Shown here: positions 12,805 through 24,667 of the stretch, in pieces
How the letters are laid out: every line of letters starts with the position of its first letter
Numbering within the stretch: the first letter of the stretch is position 1
Assembly: GCF_004010195.1 (NCBI RefSeq)
Contig: NC_057751.1
Span: 5,808,502 to 5,872,501 of the forward strand
Length of the DNA stretch: 64,000 nt
Source of the DNA: Chiloscyllium plagiosum
Taxonomy: Eukaryota
Direction: 5' to 3'
The notes under the pieces: generated by a model
The model's input: the letters and a program-made list of their open reading frames with translations, nothing else
Database searches by the model: none
Told to the model about the DNA's origin: nothing
Program-made: the position numbers and the translations under genes

Positions 12805-13515
12805 GTTACTTGTCAGAACAGTTAAGGTGAATACCTATATATTGTCAAGCACAATGTTGCCATGAGTCTCTGAATGAGGGAGGGATTGCCTCGTGACAAC
12901 CTTCAGATTGTTCAAGCTGCAGTTTGTTGTAGATCTGTAAATGCAATAAAGCAAACATGTCTCTCTCATGTTTCTATATGTGTGAAAAACAACAAAAAAA
13001 TGAAAGATTCTTAAGAAAGAATTCTGATCCAAGAAGATACTCAGGTCCAACTAATTATCTCTTGGATCATAGATTGTCAGTAGCACGACAGTCAATGTGT
13101 TATCAATGCTAAAATCAAAAGAACTGTGAGGAATAATGGTCCATTCTTGAGGACTGTGTTTTTGAATAACAGCATTTGTTTTCCCTGCCTATATTTTTCC
13201 ACCCCACATATTTGTGTCAAATAGTCTGTGTTTGTGTCTGTCTTCTTTGTGAGTGAATAGGCATTTGCAGTTTTTAAAATGTATGACTTAAGTTGCATCA
13301 TTAGAAATTAGTAACTTCTTTTGCTAGTTGTTAACAAAGTGTTTTGTTTGTAATAAATATATTAATTTTCCTGTTAATGACAAAACTTGGTGAGAAATAC
13401 TGTTGTTCTGAGTTGCAGTGAGCCAGGTAAATTGCTGGTTTAATTGGACATTTACAAATTTGTCATGGCTTATGGAATAGTGGGGCTTGATTATTGGCAT
13501 ACTCTTATCATAAAA
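12805..13515 (+). mobile_element. Possible old solo LTR
   Basis: TGTT start, T-rich body with AATAAA (about 13352), LTR-like GGGGCTTGATT...TCATAA end. Heavily decayed. Confidence 0.35.
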
Positions 13516-15953
13516 GCTCTAATAATATGAAGGAGAAGGGAATAAAGGGTTTTGATCATAGATTTAGAAAAAAGTAAGAGAAGGCTGAAATAAATTCTAA
13601 ACTTTGGGGATGTTTCGTTTTTACCCTGTTTTTGTGCCACATGTTCTACATAATCCTCTGTAATATTTTTAAGTCTTTAATGTTTGTCAGCACAGAAAAT
13701 GTTCATCCTGCTTTACTGTCCCCAAATGGAGTGTGGTCAGTCTTGCTGAAAAGTGTAAAGAACAAAATATGATGACATATTGCAATGCTATCCATTTGGT
13801 TCAAAGCACAAGGGTTGTATTTATTCTCTGTACTTAGTGTTTCATGTCTATTCTTAATACGTCGTACAAGTATAACGGACATATTTCGTTGAATTCCCTA
13901 ATCCAGTTTAGCTGGACAAGTAGCTCAATTGCATCTAGCGTTTCTCATGCAAAGGAGAAAACCTTACAGAAATTTTTGCTTTCTTCTCTGTTGGGATTGA
14001 GTTCTTGTGGAGGTATCGCAGCGAGTGGGCAGCCAATGTTTGACTCCTTCATTACATCTTTTGTAACTGCAAGCCAGAATCTAATTAAATTATTATTAAT
14101 ATAATGCATTTTTCCCCAAGGCTGGGAAGACGTTAACATGGTTAACATTTTAACACAGCTGTTGGCTGTTGACTTTACTGCTATAATATAAGCAATTGCC
14201 TATTAAGGGTAGATTTATTTCAGTGATAATCTCCATTGCTGCAGTGACTTCAGGATCTATTACCAACCAACAGTAAACCTGTGGGAGTTGGATATCTGAA
14301 ATAAATGCACAAAATATTGGATATTAACAGCAGAACTAGTCATGATCAGAAAAGAGGTCAGTTTTTTTTGTGTACACACTTCATCAAATGTATGTCACAC
14401 CTGAAACACGACTGTTTTCCTCCTTCTGACCTCATGGATTTGTCTGTTTTTCTGTTTTTCATTATTGCTGGTTCCACTTGGGTAATAAATGGATTTAAAA
14501 AAAGCAAGAACTGTATGAGCAAATTATCTGTTGCTAGACATGGAAGGAATTACTTTTACTCCAAAGAAGAAGAAAATCTAGACAGTGGAGTTTAAAAAAA
14601 TGCACCAAAGCGATTATTGTGTGTTAATTGTTCAGCAACCTGTGTGTGCTATATTAGGCTAGTTGAGAGAATTGTGGAGGAACCACGATCTTCTTTTACG
14701 TTTTTTTCTTTTGTTGGTAAATGGACTGTAATTTTAAAATATTTTTACTTGGGTTGCAGTACTGCTGACAAAACCATATTTCTCAGCTTTCTCTCGTTGC
14801 TCTGAGAAGGCACTGATGGACCTTCTCCTGAGACTAGCATTTCATGGGAATTCCTGGATTTTGACCCAGCTGAAGTGAGGCAATGATGGTAATTCCAAAA
14901 TTGGATGAAAATTATGACCTGTAGGGAAATTTGGAATTGACAGTGTCTCACTGACAATGCATATATCATGACAAGACTCCTCATGTCACAAAACATCATG
15001 AAAATGTAATGTTTAAATATACTTGAAATGGTGAAATATGATGAAAACATGCTGGTGTTGAGGTTTACAATCAGCCATGTTTTAGAATGGTGGAGCTTCT
15101 GTTTTCCAATGTTAACCAATTATTTTGACATAACTCTTTCTTGCTGCATAAAGTTGGCATAATTGACAATAAATTATTTATAATGACCCTTTTACTTTGC
15201 TGCTGTAATAATGGCAGAGCAATGCAGGGCCACTAAGCTTGTTCACTGACATTTAATTATTTCCCCTCCAGTGCACTTTCTGTAAGTTGCCAGCTGGAGA
15301 TATGAGGTTCATTTTTTGCATATCTGTGCAGAGTAACGTCATCATTATGGGTCTCTGTTTCACTCTTGGCATTTTCATTGGGCAGCTGCGATGCCATTGA
15401 CGTTATAAAATCAGATATACTAAAGTGATCCATCTGTTTGGGCAGCAGGAGTACAGTTGGTGGATCTGCAGGAAGCAGGTCACAGGATGCGTTAAAAACG
15501 TCCATCTCTGCCCGATGAAGGTCAGGTTCTTTCCACTTCTGAATGCTGATGGTTGCACTGATATGAGTATTCGATTAATACATGTACTTACTTTAACTCA
15601 TGTGCTAATCCATTTATTTGAAATAGATTAGTGCTTCCACTGAAATATCAGACAAAGGAAGAGAGTGGAAAGAATTTGCATTTATTATGCTTTGTGATAT
15701 CTCTCAGTGTTTTCTAAAGATCTTCATAATCAATAATTTGGCCCTGATTGTGGTATGTATTAATTCATTACAGTTGGTAACTTATTTCTGTATATTTTCT
15801 TTTCAGTTTGGTTTATTTGTAAATAAGTCGCTATTTTGCAATCCACGGTAAGCATTTCTTAACATGTTTATTGAAATCAATTTGTGTTCTCCCAAAAATG
15901 CACCCGCTTCATCCAGAAGTTTGGAATTTTCTGCATCAGAGATCTGTGCGTTT

Positions 15954-16266
15954 GATTCAATTCCCTACAGTGTGGAAACAGGCCCTTTGGCCCAACAAGT
16001 CCATACCAACTGTCCAAAGAGCAACCCACCCAGTCCCATTCCCCTACATTTACCCCTGATTAATGCACCTCATACTATGGGCAATTTAGCATGGCCAATT
16101 TACCTAACCTGCACATCTTTGGAATGTGGGAGGAAACCGGAGCACCCAAGGAAACCCACGCAGACACGGGCAAATTCCACACAGGTGGTGGCTCGAGGCT
16201 TGAATCAAACCTGCACTCTTGCTGCTGTGAGGCAGCAGTGCTAACCACAGAGCCACCATGCCGCCC
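15954..16266 (-). mobile_element. HE1 V-SINE (older variant)
   Basis: Minus strand reads GGGCGGCATGGTGGCTCTGTGGTTAGCACTGCTGCCTCACAGC. V-domain GGGTGCTCCGGTTTCCTCCCACA. CR1-derived tail GGGCCTGTTTCCACACTGTA. Confidence 0.92.
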
Positions 16267-17087
16267 ATTTGAATGTTGGTACATCATGTAAAAGGCTGCT
16301 ACTCATATGCTGCACCATCAAACCTGAGCCAATCTATTTTGCTCCTGGCTGCCTTCGGATTCCAAAGGATGGTCTTCATCTATAAATTTGACTGATCTCA
16401 TTTGGACTCTGTATAACCAGATATTCTCTATAGTCATCTCATTAAACACCTCTTAAGAAAGGACACAAAGTTGTACGGCTCAGACTCTGAGTTGAAAACA
16501 CTTTTGGCGAGATAAGTCATATTTTGCTGCTGTACAGCCAATCCAACAATCAGCTTGGCTATTCAGCCAACAGTGAGCCAACACTGACCACGTGTAAACA
16601 ATTTTCTCATCTTAGGGAGCCATTGGTCAATTGGAATTTGAACCTAAATGCACTGCAAGACAGTGAGCATGGAAACTAATCTCGCCACTGTGGCATTTAC
16701 GTCCATTTCGCTACGAACAGTTGAGTAATTACCCAATAGCCCACTTGCTTTCTGTTACCTAGAATAGCCAATAGGTCTCAGCAGCATTCAAATTCTGGGG
16801 CACGTAGACTTTATACTTGTTTGGATTCTTTCATAAAAATGATAGGATGAATTGCATTTTTGATTGACTACCTTTTTCAAAAAGGCTTCGGATCAGAGTC
16901 AAATGCCAAAGCAAGTGGAGTGTGGATGACTCCCCGAAATAGTTTAATTACACAAGTAGAGGTGACGACTGATTAACGTCGGTGAGGATGCATCAAAGAG
17001 TAAAACTCTGCCATCACAGAGATTACTAAACAGGCCTGTTTATTCAGCTTACTCTGTTTATTCCCCACATTGACTTCCTCCAACCCC

Positions 17088-17360
17088 AAACAACAAGAGA
17101 AATTGCTGGAAAGGCAGAGCAGGTCTGGCAGCATCTATGGAAAGAAATCAAAATTAACGTTTCGGGGTTCAGTGACCCTTCCCCAGAACTGATGGTGGTG
17201 AGGCAATGTTTTTTTAGACAAGATGAGGGGAGGGGGTAAGGAGTAAATGATAGGTGGAGAACGCGCCCAAAGAGAGAGAAGAGCAATTGGGCAAACAAAG
17301 GAGTGGAGGATGAAAGCTATTATTGGGGACAATTACTGGCTAACAATGGGTTGTGTGGAA
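17088..17360 (-). mobile_element. Penelope-like 3' end / pLTR fragment with decayed hammerhead core
   Basis: Minus strand TTCTGGGGAAGGGTCACTGAACCCCGAAACGTTAA followed by GATGCTGCCAGACCTGCT...TTCCAGCAATTT. Same family as 48105, 53563 and 60896. Confidence 0.75.
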
Positions 17361-17552
17361 GCTCAGACTGTTTGTTTCTCTCACCTCACTTCATTTGACA
17401 ACATCAACAGATCATCCTGTTCCTTTATCCCTAAATGGCTTATTTTGCATTACCTTAAAGGCAAGTGTACTATTTGTTCTAATAACTTCCTGGGACAGTG
17501 AATTCCATATTTATGCCATATTTCACTGAGAAAAGTTGCTCCTGATTTTGTT

Positions 17553-17866
17553 TTAGATTAGATTACTTACAGTGTGGAAACAGGCCCTTCGGCCCAACAA
17601 GTCCACACCGACCCGCCGAAGCGCAACCCACCCATACCCCTACATTTACCCCTTTAACCTAACACTATGGGCAATTTAGCATGGCCAATTCACCTGACCC
17701 GCACATCTTTGGACTGTGGGAGGAAACCGGAGCACCCGGAGGAAACCCACGCAGACACGGGGAGAATGTGCAAACTCCACACAGTCAGTCGCCTGAGTCG
17801 GGAATTGAACCCAGGTCTCTGGCGCTGTGAGGCAGCAGTGCTAACCACTGTGCCACCGTGCTGCCC
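17553..17866 (-). mobile_element. HE1 V-SINE (young)
   Basis: Full tRNA-like head, V-domain and (TAATC)n tail. Near-identical to 36968, 47563 and 48959. Confidence 0.95.
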
Positions 17867-17914
17867 CTTTGCATATTGGATTCTTCAATGACTATTGTGA
17901 AAGTAGTGCAAACA

Positions 17915-18750
17915 GTTTACAGAAAGGGATATTGATAATTAAGTGACAAAAAGTTGGCAAAGGGAGTACAATATGGGAAAATGTGAAGTTGTTCATTCTC
18001 GATGTGAGAGCAAAAGAACAAAGTATTATTTAAATTCAGAAAACTGCAAGACAAAAAGGACTTGGGGGTACTTGCGCATGAAACACAGAAAACGAATACA
18101 CGGGCATAGTAGGTAACCAGAAAGGCAAATGGAATTTTGGTCTTTATTTCAAGGAGGTTGGAGTATCAGCACAGGGAGGTCTTACTGCAAGTGTACAAGG
18201 TGCTGGTGAGACCAGAGAAGTGAGAGCTGTTTTGGTTCTCCCTATTAACAGAAAGATGTAATTTCATTGTGGGCAGTTCAGAGAAGATTCACTCAGATGA
18301 TCCGTGGTATTAAGGGATTGTCTTATGAGGAAAAAACTGAACAGCTTGGGACTGTACTCACTTGAGTTTAGAAGAATAAGAGGTGATCTCATTGAAACAC
18401 ATAGGATTCTTCAGGGGCTTGACAGGGTTAATTCTGAGAGGATGTTTCCCCTCTTGGTAGAGTCTTGGACCAGAGGCCATAGTCTTAGAATCAAGGGGCA
18501 CCAATTTAAGACTGAGATGAGGAGGAATTTCTTCCCTCTGATGCTTGTGAGTTTGGGAACTCATTGCTAGAGAGCTGTGGGAGCAGAGTCCTTGTGTATA
18601 TTTAAAGCTGAGATAGATAAATTATTAATCTGAAAGGGAATCAAAGATAACGGGAAAATGCAGGAAATTGAAAATGAGGAGTGTCAGATCAGCCACGATC
18701 CTACTGAGTGGCCCCGTAGGCTTGAGGAGGCTGAACAGTCTAAAGCTTAC
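17915..18750 (+). mobile_element. CR1 LINE 3' portion (older subfamily)
   Basis: LGLYSLEFRRIRGDLIETHRIL...RGHSLRIKG...RRNFF motifs and CR1 3' UTR. Confidence 0.9.
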
Positions 18751-18899
18751 TGCATTAAGATATGGCTCTCTCAATATGATATTTGTATATTTGATAGTAC
18801 CTTGAATCTTGTACAAGCCAGCTATGTTGTCAAATTCTTCACTGCAGGTGCAACCCCAGTCTTGTTCTGGGGAAGCAAGATGAAATGGATTATCTGACA

Positions 18900-19363
18900 C
18901 AAGTCACAGGTTTAATAAACCTGTGGGTTGAGGATTGAGTGATCCCACATAGGTCTCTGGTGGGTTCTTGGAAGAAAGCAGTTGCCCAAGAGTTTAGCAC
19001 AGCTGTCACCTTAATGGTTACCTGAATAGAATGGCCACCACTCCTCATGTGGCAGGTCCTGCTTTGGCAGTTGCCAAATTGTAATGACAATGTCCTGAAC
19101 ATCCCCATTCTGTAGATTGCCTCACTATGCCTCAATCATCTGGAGAAAATGGCATTGCGGATGATGGAATCCGGATCTCCTTGACTTCCTGCACATCCTG
19201 AGAGGACATTCAGCTCTGACTTCTTCCTGTGGAGACTGTTTAGAAGTCATTGAAGACTGCTGCTAATCTGAGGGTTATTTGCACATCTGCTGTTCACTAA
19301 TTTCTCTGCATCTCCATAGCGTGCCAGCTGCAATAACTATAACTCCTGCAACGCTGGATCCAT
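18900..19363 (-). mobile_element. PIF/Harbinger transposase N-terminal remnant (HARBI1-like)
   Basis: ORF 18890-19135 contains GGHSIQVTIKVTAVLNSWATAFFQEPTRDLCGITQSSTHRFIKPVT, resembling the Harbinger HTH signature (ALxF[FY]ATGSFQ...GD..G[IV]SQ.[ST]..R). Candidate ATG at 19363. Confidence 0.7.
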
Positions 19364-21910
19364 TTGTCAGATCCAATGAACCTGTGTGAGGAATCTAAAT
19401 GAACAGAAGAGGTCTTCAGTAATGTGAACAGCCAGCATTACAAATGATGGTTTTGCATAGTTCACTGTACAGTGGGATGTGGAGGACTCTGACAATGGGG
19501 AACTCATTCTGATGAATGCAGCGCAAGCCATATTGAGCAAATAAGGTCTGAGATTGTAAATGCTGAATGATTACTGAGAGCTTGTCCTCTCACTCTCACA
19601 TTGCCCAAGGAGGGCAGCATTGCTTACATGATCATGTTGGCGAATAGTTACAGGTCAAAGTGAGAGGAAAGCTTTTTTGTTCCGTTGTGACTTGTGTGTC
19701 ATAGGGATGACTATCTTCAATGTACTATTAGATATGACATTGTCAAGATTGCTTGTGACCAGGATTTCTAATCACACAATTGGACACTACACACATTTCA
19801 CATGAAGCATGCTATGATCACAGATTACTTCAGCCTGTCCTGAAAAAGTGCCTGATTGATGCCATTTCCTCCTGAAGGGGCTCATATCGCTGACAAGTAT
19901 TGCCTGCATGCTTAGACAGAAAATAAATACTCCATTCACTCTGGGTGTAGTTGCAGTCATTTTCCATTTTTCATTACGCATTTAGGAGTTGCATGAGGAT
20001 GGAGAGCAATGCAGATTGCACTTGGGACAGTGACTCAGTCTCAGCCTTGTAGTCAAGGAGGTCCCTGAACCTGCATGTTCCTTTTTTGCACTTCCTTTCA
20101 AGTCCAGTACTGAGCTTCTATGTGTTTTCACACACCTCTTTGAATGATAACATCATTTCTCAACATTACCCCGAGCCTTGGCCTTAGTCATGCCAACCAT
20201 GGTGCTGCACTGTCCCCTGTCAATGGAAGGATGCTTTTGACTGATTGTGATTCCCCTCCTTGAAGTAACCAATACTCTCCAATGCATCATCATATCCTCC
20301 CTTATATGGTGAGTTTGCCACGTGAGTTTGCCACTTGACAATTATTGTCCCTGCTGCATCCCAGCATTTTACCTCTGTTAATCAGAATTGACTTTTCCAA
20401 CTTCCCTATCATAGCAGTGGCTGCTATTAAACTCCTTTAGACTTGCATGAAGCTAACGCCCACAAAACTGATTAATAATGAGATATTAACACATACAATA
20501 AGCTTCTGGCCACTCACTATTGCGATATTCATCTTGCCCTTCAGCACTTGGTTGGAGAATAGAACTTGTTGCTGTCAATGTTGAGAATCCAACTTCTTCT
20601 GATTCCTCTTGAATTTTTCCAACTTGTTTGCTGTTCAGGGTCTCAGAAGATTCTACCCTTCCACTCAATGTCAGGAACACCCTATGGCCATCCGAGGATA
20701 GCCACGAAGCAACATTGCCCTGAGAAAGTTGGCATTCCCTGAAAAGCTGAGAAAGTTGCCTTTTTTACACAAAGCTCTAAGACACAAAGTGCAGGACTCC
20801 ATCAAAGTCAAACATATGAGGTAAATCAAGAAGCCATGGTTCATTTAAGTCAGGATCAGTTTGTGCAGAGTGGAGGATGGAAATCTGGGAGAGGTTGAGG
20901 GCTGTACAGTTTGCATTTCTTTAGCGATAAGTTAAGTATATCAGGTATGAAATTAACTACTTTCCTCCTACCGTGATATTAGAAGGAAAACAAAATGCAG
21001 AGAAAAGTTGAGGGGATTGAAAGTTGCAAGCTTTAAACAGACAAAATGCTTGATGACTGAACAAGTAGACAAAGAGACGAGCACTTCAGCAGTGAAACAA
21101 TTCAAAATGTAAGACACTGAACTTGAAACCACTTCTCATAAAAAATAAAAAATAAATCAATAACTGTCCTTTATTTATTAAATGAGACTAATTACATGTT
21201 TAATCAGAAATGGTGAATATTTTTAAAATTGGGGATTTGGATTATCTTTAAATTGCAAAGTTTTATGTTCCCAGAGGAACAGGTGACTGTAGGTGATGGC
21301 AGTGAGTTATAAAAGATGTATATGTTTAGAATAGAGATTCCATTGGAATTTGTGCACGGACACGTTTTGGTGGGATACTGTCATGGCTCATTCTGATGAT
21401 TAAATCATTTGCTAAAGTGGGTATAGTGAAGTGACTGAGATTCCAACATACTACCATTGAGTAAAGTGATCCCTGTTGAAACCATTTGTTTTGAATTATT
21501 GTTGGTTATCTCAGCACTTTTTTTACTGTCTGTTTACACAGAAACAGGATCTGTTTTGAGAAAATCAGGAGTTAATTGGCTGGAAACATGTGGTTCTGAT
21601 GAGCCTTTCTCTTTTGGTTTACTTATGACACTGCAGGACGGCTACTTAATCTGGTGATTGGCAGCTGCCGGGTCTGAACTGAAATGCACAGATCCCAAAC
21701 TTTCCAATCTCAAGAGAGAAGGGTGGCTGCTTTTACCCATGCTGACATGTAAACAGATCAAACGTTTTCCTGTTTTGAGACCAGCAATATGTGAAAACTG
21801 ACACGGCCTTGCACCCCCACCCAACGACTAGTAAGGCTTTTGTTCAAGCAAGGATGAACCCCCTTTCTTTAGTGATACAGACCTTTGCTTCATTGTGAAA
21901 TTGTAACAAA

Positions 21911-22420
21911 GGGAGACATGGTCGTGGTAATGTCACTGGACTGGTAATCTCGTGTCAAATATTGAAAATTGTTGGAGAAGCTCAGCTGAACCAGAGATAT
22001 ATTGGACTTGTTTTTCTGTATTCACAGATGCTATCAAACCGACTGAATTTCTCCATTATTTTCTGCATTTGTTACAGATTTCCAGCATTCACAGTATTTT
22101 GCTTTCATTGTAAACTGGAGACCCATATTAATGTTGTGGGGACATGGGTTCAAATCCTATCATGGCCGCCAGTGGAACATAAATGCCAATTTAACTTTGA
22201 ATTCAAAGCAGTGTTTTAGTCATGTTGATCACGACAACCATAACTGATTTTTATAAAACCCAACACAGTCCATTTGTATCCTTTATAGAAGGAAATCTGT
22301 GACCTAAGTATGACTCTAGATCAACAGCAATGTTGCTGAGTCTTAATCGCCCTCTGAAATGGGCTCATGGGCAATTAGGGATGGGCAGCAAATGCAGGCC
22401 TTGCCAGCAATATCATGAAA
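21911..22420 (+). mobile_element. tRNA-derived SINE (family B) interrupted by a Penelope-derived fold-back repeat at about 21955-22110
   Basis: Head GTGGTAATGTCACTGGACT resumes after 22110 with GGGTTCAAATCC. Tail GGGCAATTAGGGATGGGCAGCAAATGC. Confidence 0.75.
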
Positions 22421-22659
22421 CATTGATAATTTGCAAATTTGGAAGAACTGTGGGCAAAGTCAAGATGAATGCATCAAGTGTTTAAGAGAGGGAGCTAAGG
22501 AAACTCAGCAGTTTAAAAGTTCTTTGAAAGAATGAGTTTCTGGTACAAAATGGGGTAATTCACAATGTCAACATGGTGAGGATTGCCATAGTTTGCAAAG
22601 AATTCAGGGAATGATTTACTGAACGCTCTGTTCATGAAATGATCCATCATTAACATTGG

Positions 22660-24667
22660 CAGTCCCTCACAGATGAAGATGACTCTCTTCTACTCTCAGA
22701 CTGAGTCCACAGGTGGATGTACAGTGTGGTGTAGCTTCTGCAGACTCTGGTAGACTTGGAGCAGGAGGTGGTCATGGAAAGAGATGGGTGGAGCGTAGGT
22801 GTGGCAGCGTGACCTTTATGCTGTTTTTGCCTGGCTTCGGCTTTTTCCCAATGGTAAGTCCAGAGCTGCTCAACACCTTCGCAGATGCTCCTCCTCCACT
22901 TTGGACCTGCCCACCTACTATAGCCAATCGAGGGTGGTCATTGTCTCGATGCTGGGGTTGTTGGCCTGGTCGTGGATGCTGGTATTAGTGTGTCTTTTTT
23001 CCCCAGCGGATTCGCAGCATCTTGCGCAGGTAGCATTGGTTGTATTGTGCCAGCACCTTAAGGTGTCTGCTGTAGACAGTCCATGTCTCAGAAAAGCACA
23101 GCAGGGCGGGAACCACCACAGCTTTTTCTGCCACGTGCTTGGTGTCAGATCTGATGCTGTTGCCCTTAAACACCCTTTTCCTCGGTCGGCTGAAGGGTGT
23201 GCTAGTACAATGGAGGCAATGCTGGATCTCTTAATTAATACTGCTTTGGTTGACAGGATACTCCCAATTGAAATGGCCAGCATTCTCGAAGGCTTCCCTG
23301 TGAACCTTGATGATTGAGGGTTCACTATGCAATGCTGGGCCAGTGTTGGGGCAATGACACAGCCCTGCCTGACACCAGTCCAAACAGGGAATAGATAAGT
23401 GGAGGCGCCATTCATCATTACCACCACTGCCATGTCATCATGGAGCAGGAGATGGATGGTGACAAACTTCATGGTGCAGCCAAAGCGGAGAAGGACACTC
23501 CATAATGCTATTGGTTGACGATGTCAAAGGCTTTTGTGAGTTTAAGAAAGCCATGTACAGGGTGGGTTCTTTTCTCTGCATTTCTCCTGCAGCTGTCACA
23601 TGGTGAAAATCATGTCTGTGTGTCTGTCCATGGGCAGAAGCCACACTGATTCCGGGAGGAGTTCTTCAGCCATAGGGAGGAAACAGCTGAGGAAGACCTT
23701 GGTGATGACTTTTCCAACAGTTGACAGCAAAGCGAGTCCCCTATAGTTACTACAGTCAGATTTGGTCCCTCTTTTTGAAAATGCTCATGACAGTGGCCTC
23801 TCAAAGGGTGCTCTCCTGCTTCCAGATAAGGCAGACAAGGGCGTGTATCTGCACCAGGAACTCTTTGCCCCCAAACTTCAATGCCTCAGCATGGATACAG
23901 TCTGCTCCAGCAGCCTTGTTGTTCTTAAGCTGGTGGACTGCCTCTCTGCTTCATGTGGGGCTAGGGTGTTGCTGAGTTCATGGTGTGTGGTGTGCTGCAG
24001 GATGTGTTCAAGGATGCTTGGATTGAGACAGATCCCTGGTTGAGGAGGTCTTTGAAGTGCTCCCCTCAGCGTTATTTCATGGTTTCTTGATAAAAGTCAC
24101 TCTGTCCTTGACCAGTTGTGGGGTGGGGCCTTGGGTGTTTTATTCGTAATTGGTCTTTACAGCCAGAAGAAACCCTGCACATCATGGTTTTCAACCATTC
24201 ATTGGCCCTCCAGTGCTTTCTTCACCCATCACCTGTTCTTTATGTCACAGATTTGTTTGACCTCGGCCTACAGTCACCTGTAGGTTCTCTTCCAATTGCG
24301 GTTGCTGTTTTACACTCAGAAATGCTATGAGCTTCGGTTTATCAGTTCTTGGATTTCATGATCATTCTCATCAAACCAGTCTTGATATTTCCTGGTTGAG
24401 TGAACAACCGAGGTTTTGCAGGCCTTAATGATGTTAGCCTTGATGGTGGGCCAGAGGCCATTGGAATCCTGCAACTTAATGGTGCCGAGGGTTGCTAGTT
24501 TCCTGAAGAGAGGTTGGTTGTATGAGGCTATCTTTTTTGGGTCTTTGAGTGCCTCAATGTTGAACTTATTATGGCTTTGCTTCTGTTGTCTTCGCTGTGG
24601 CTGGGCTGTATTTGTATTCACCTGGGCTCTGATCAGGTGATAGTCCATCCAACAGCCATTGACTCCT
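22660..24667 (-). mobile_element. RTE-clade LINE fossil, 3' part (EN C-terminus, tether, RT)
   Basis: CWMDYHLIRA, RKYQDWFDEND, TGVRQGCVIAPTL and KAVVVPALL..SETWT motifs on the minus strand. Confidence 0.9.

Noticed and set aside
20309..20334. 13-bp tandem duplication GTGAGTTTGCCAC x2
   Set aside because: Ordinary slippage duplication with no further structure.
22799..23317. 172-aa and neighbouring plus-strand ORFs (also 7961-8380, 8926-9201)
   Set aside because: Antisense frames of RTE or CR1 coding sequence.
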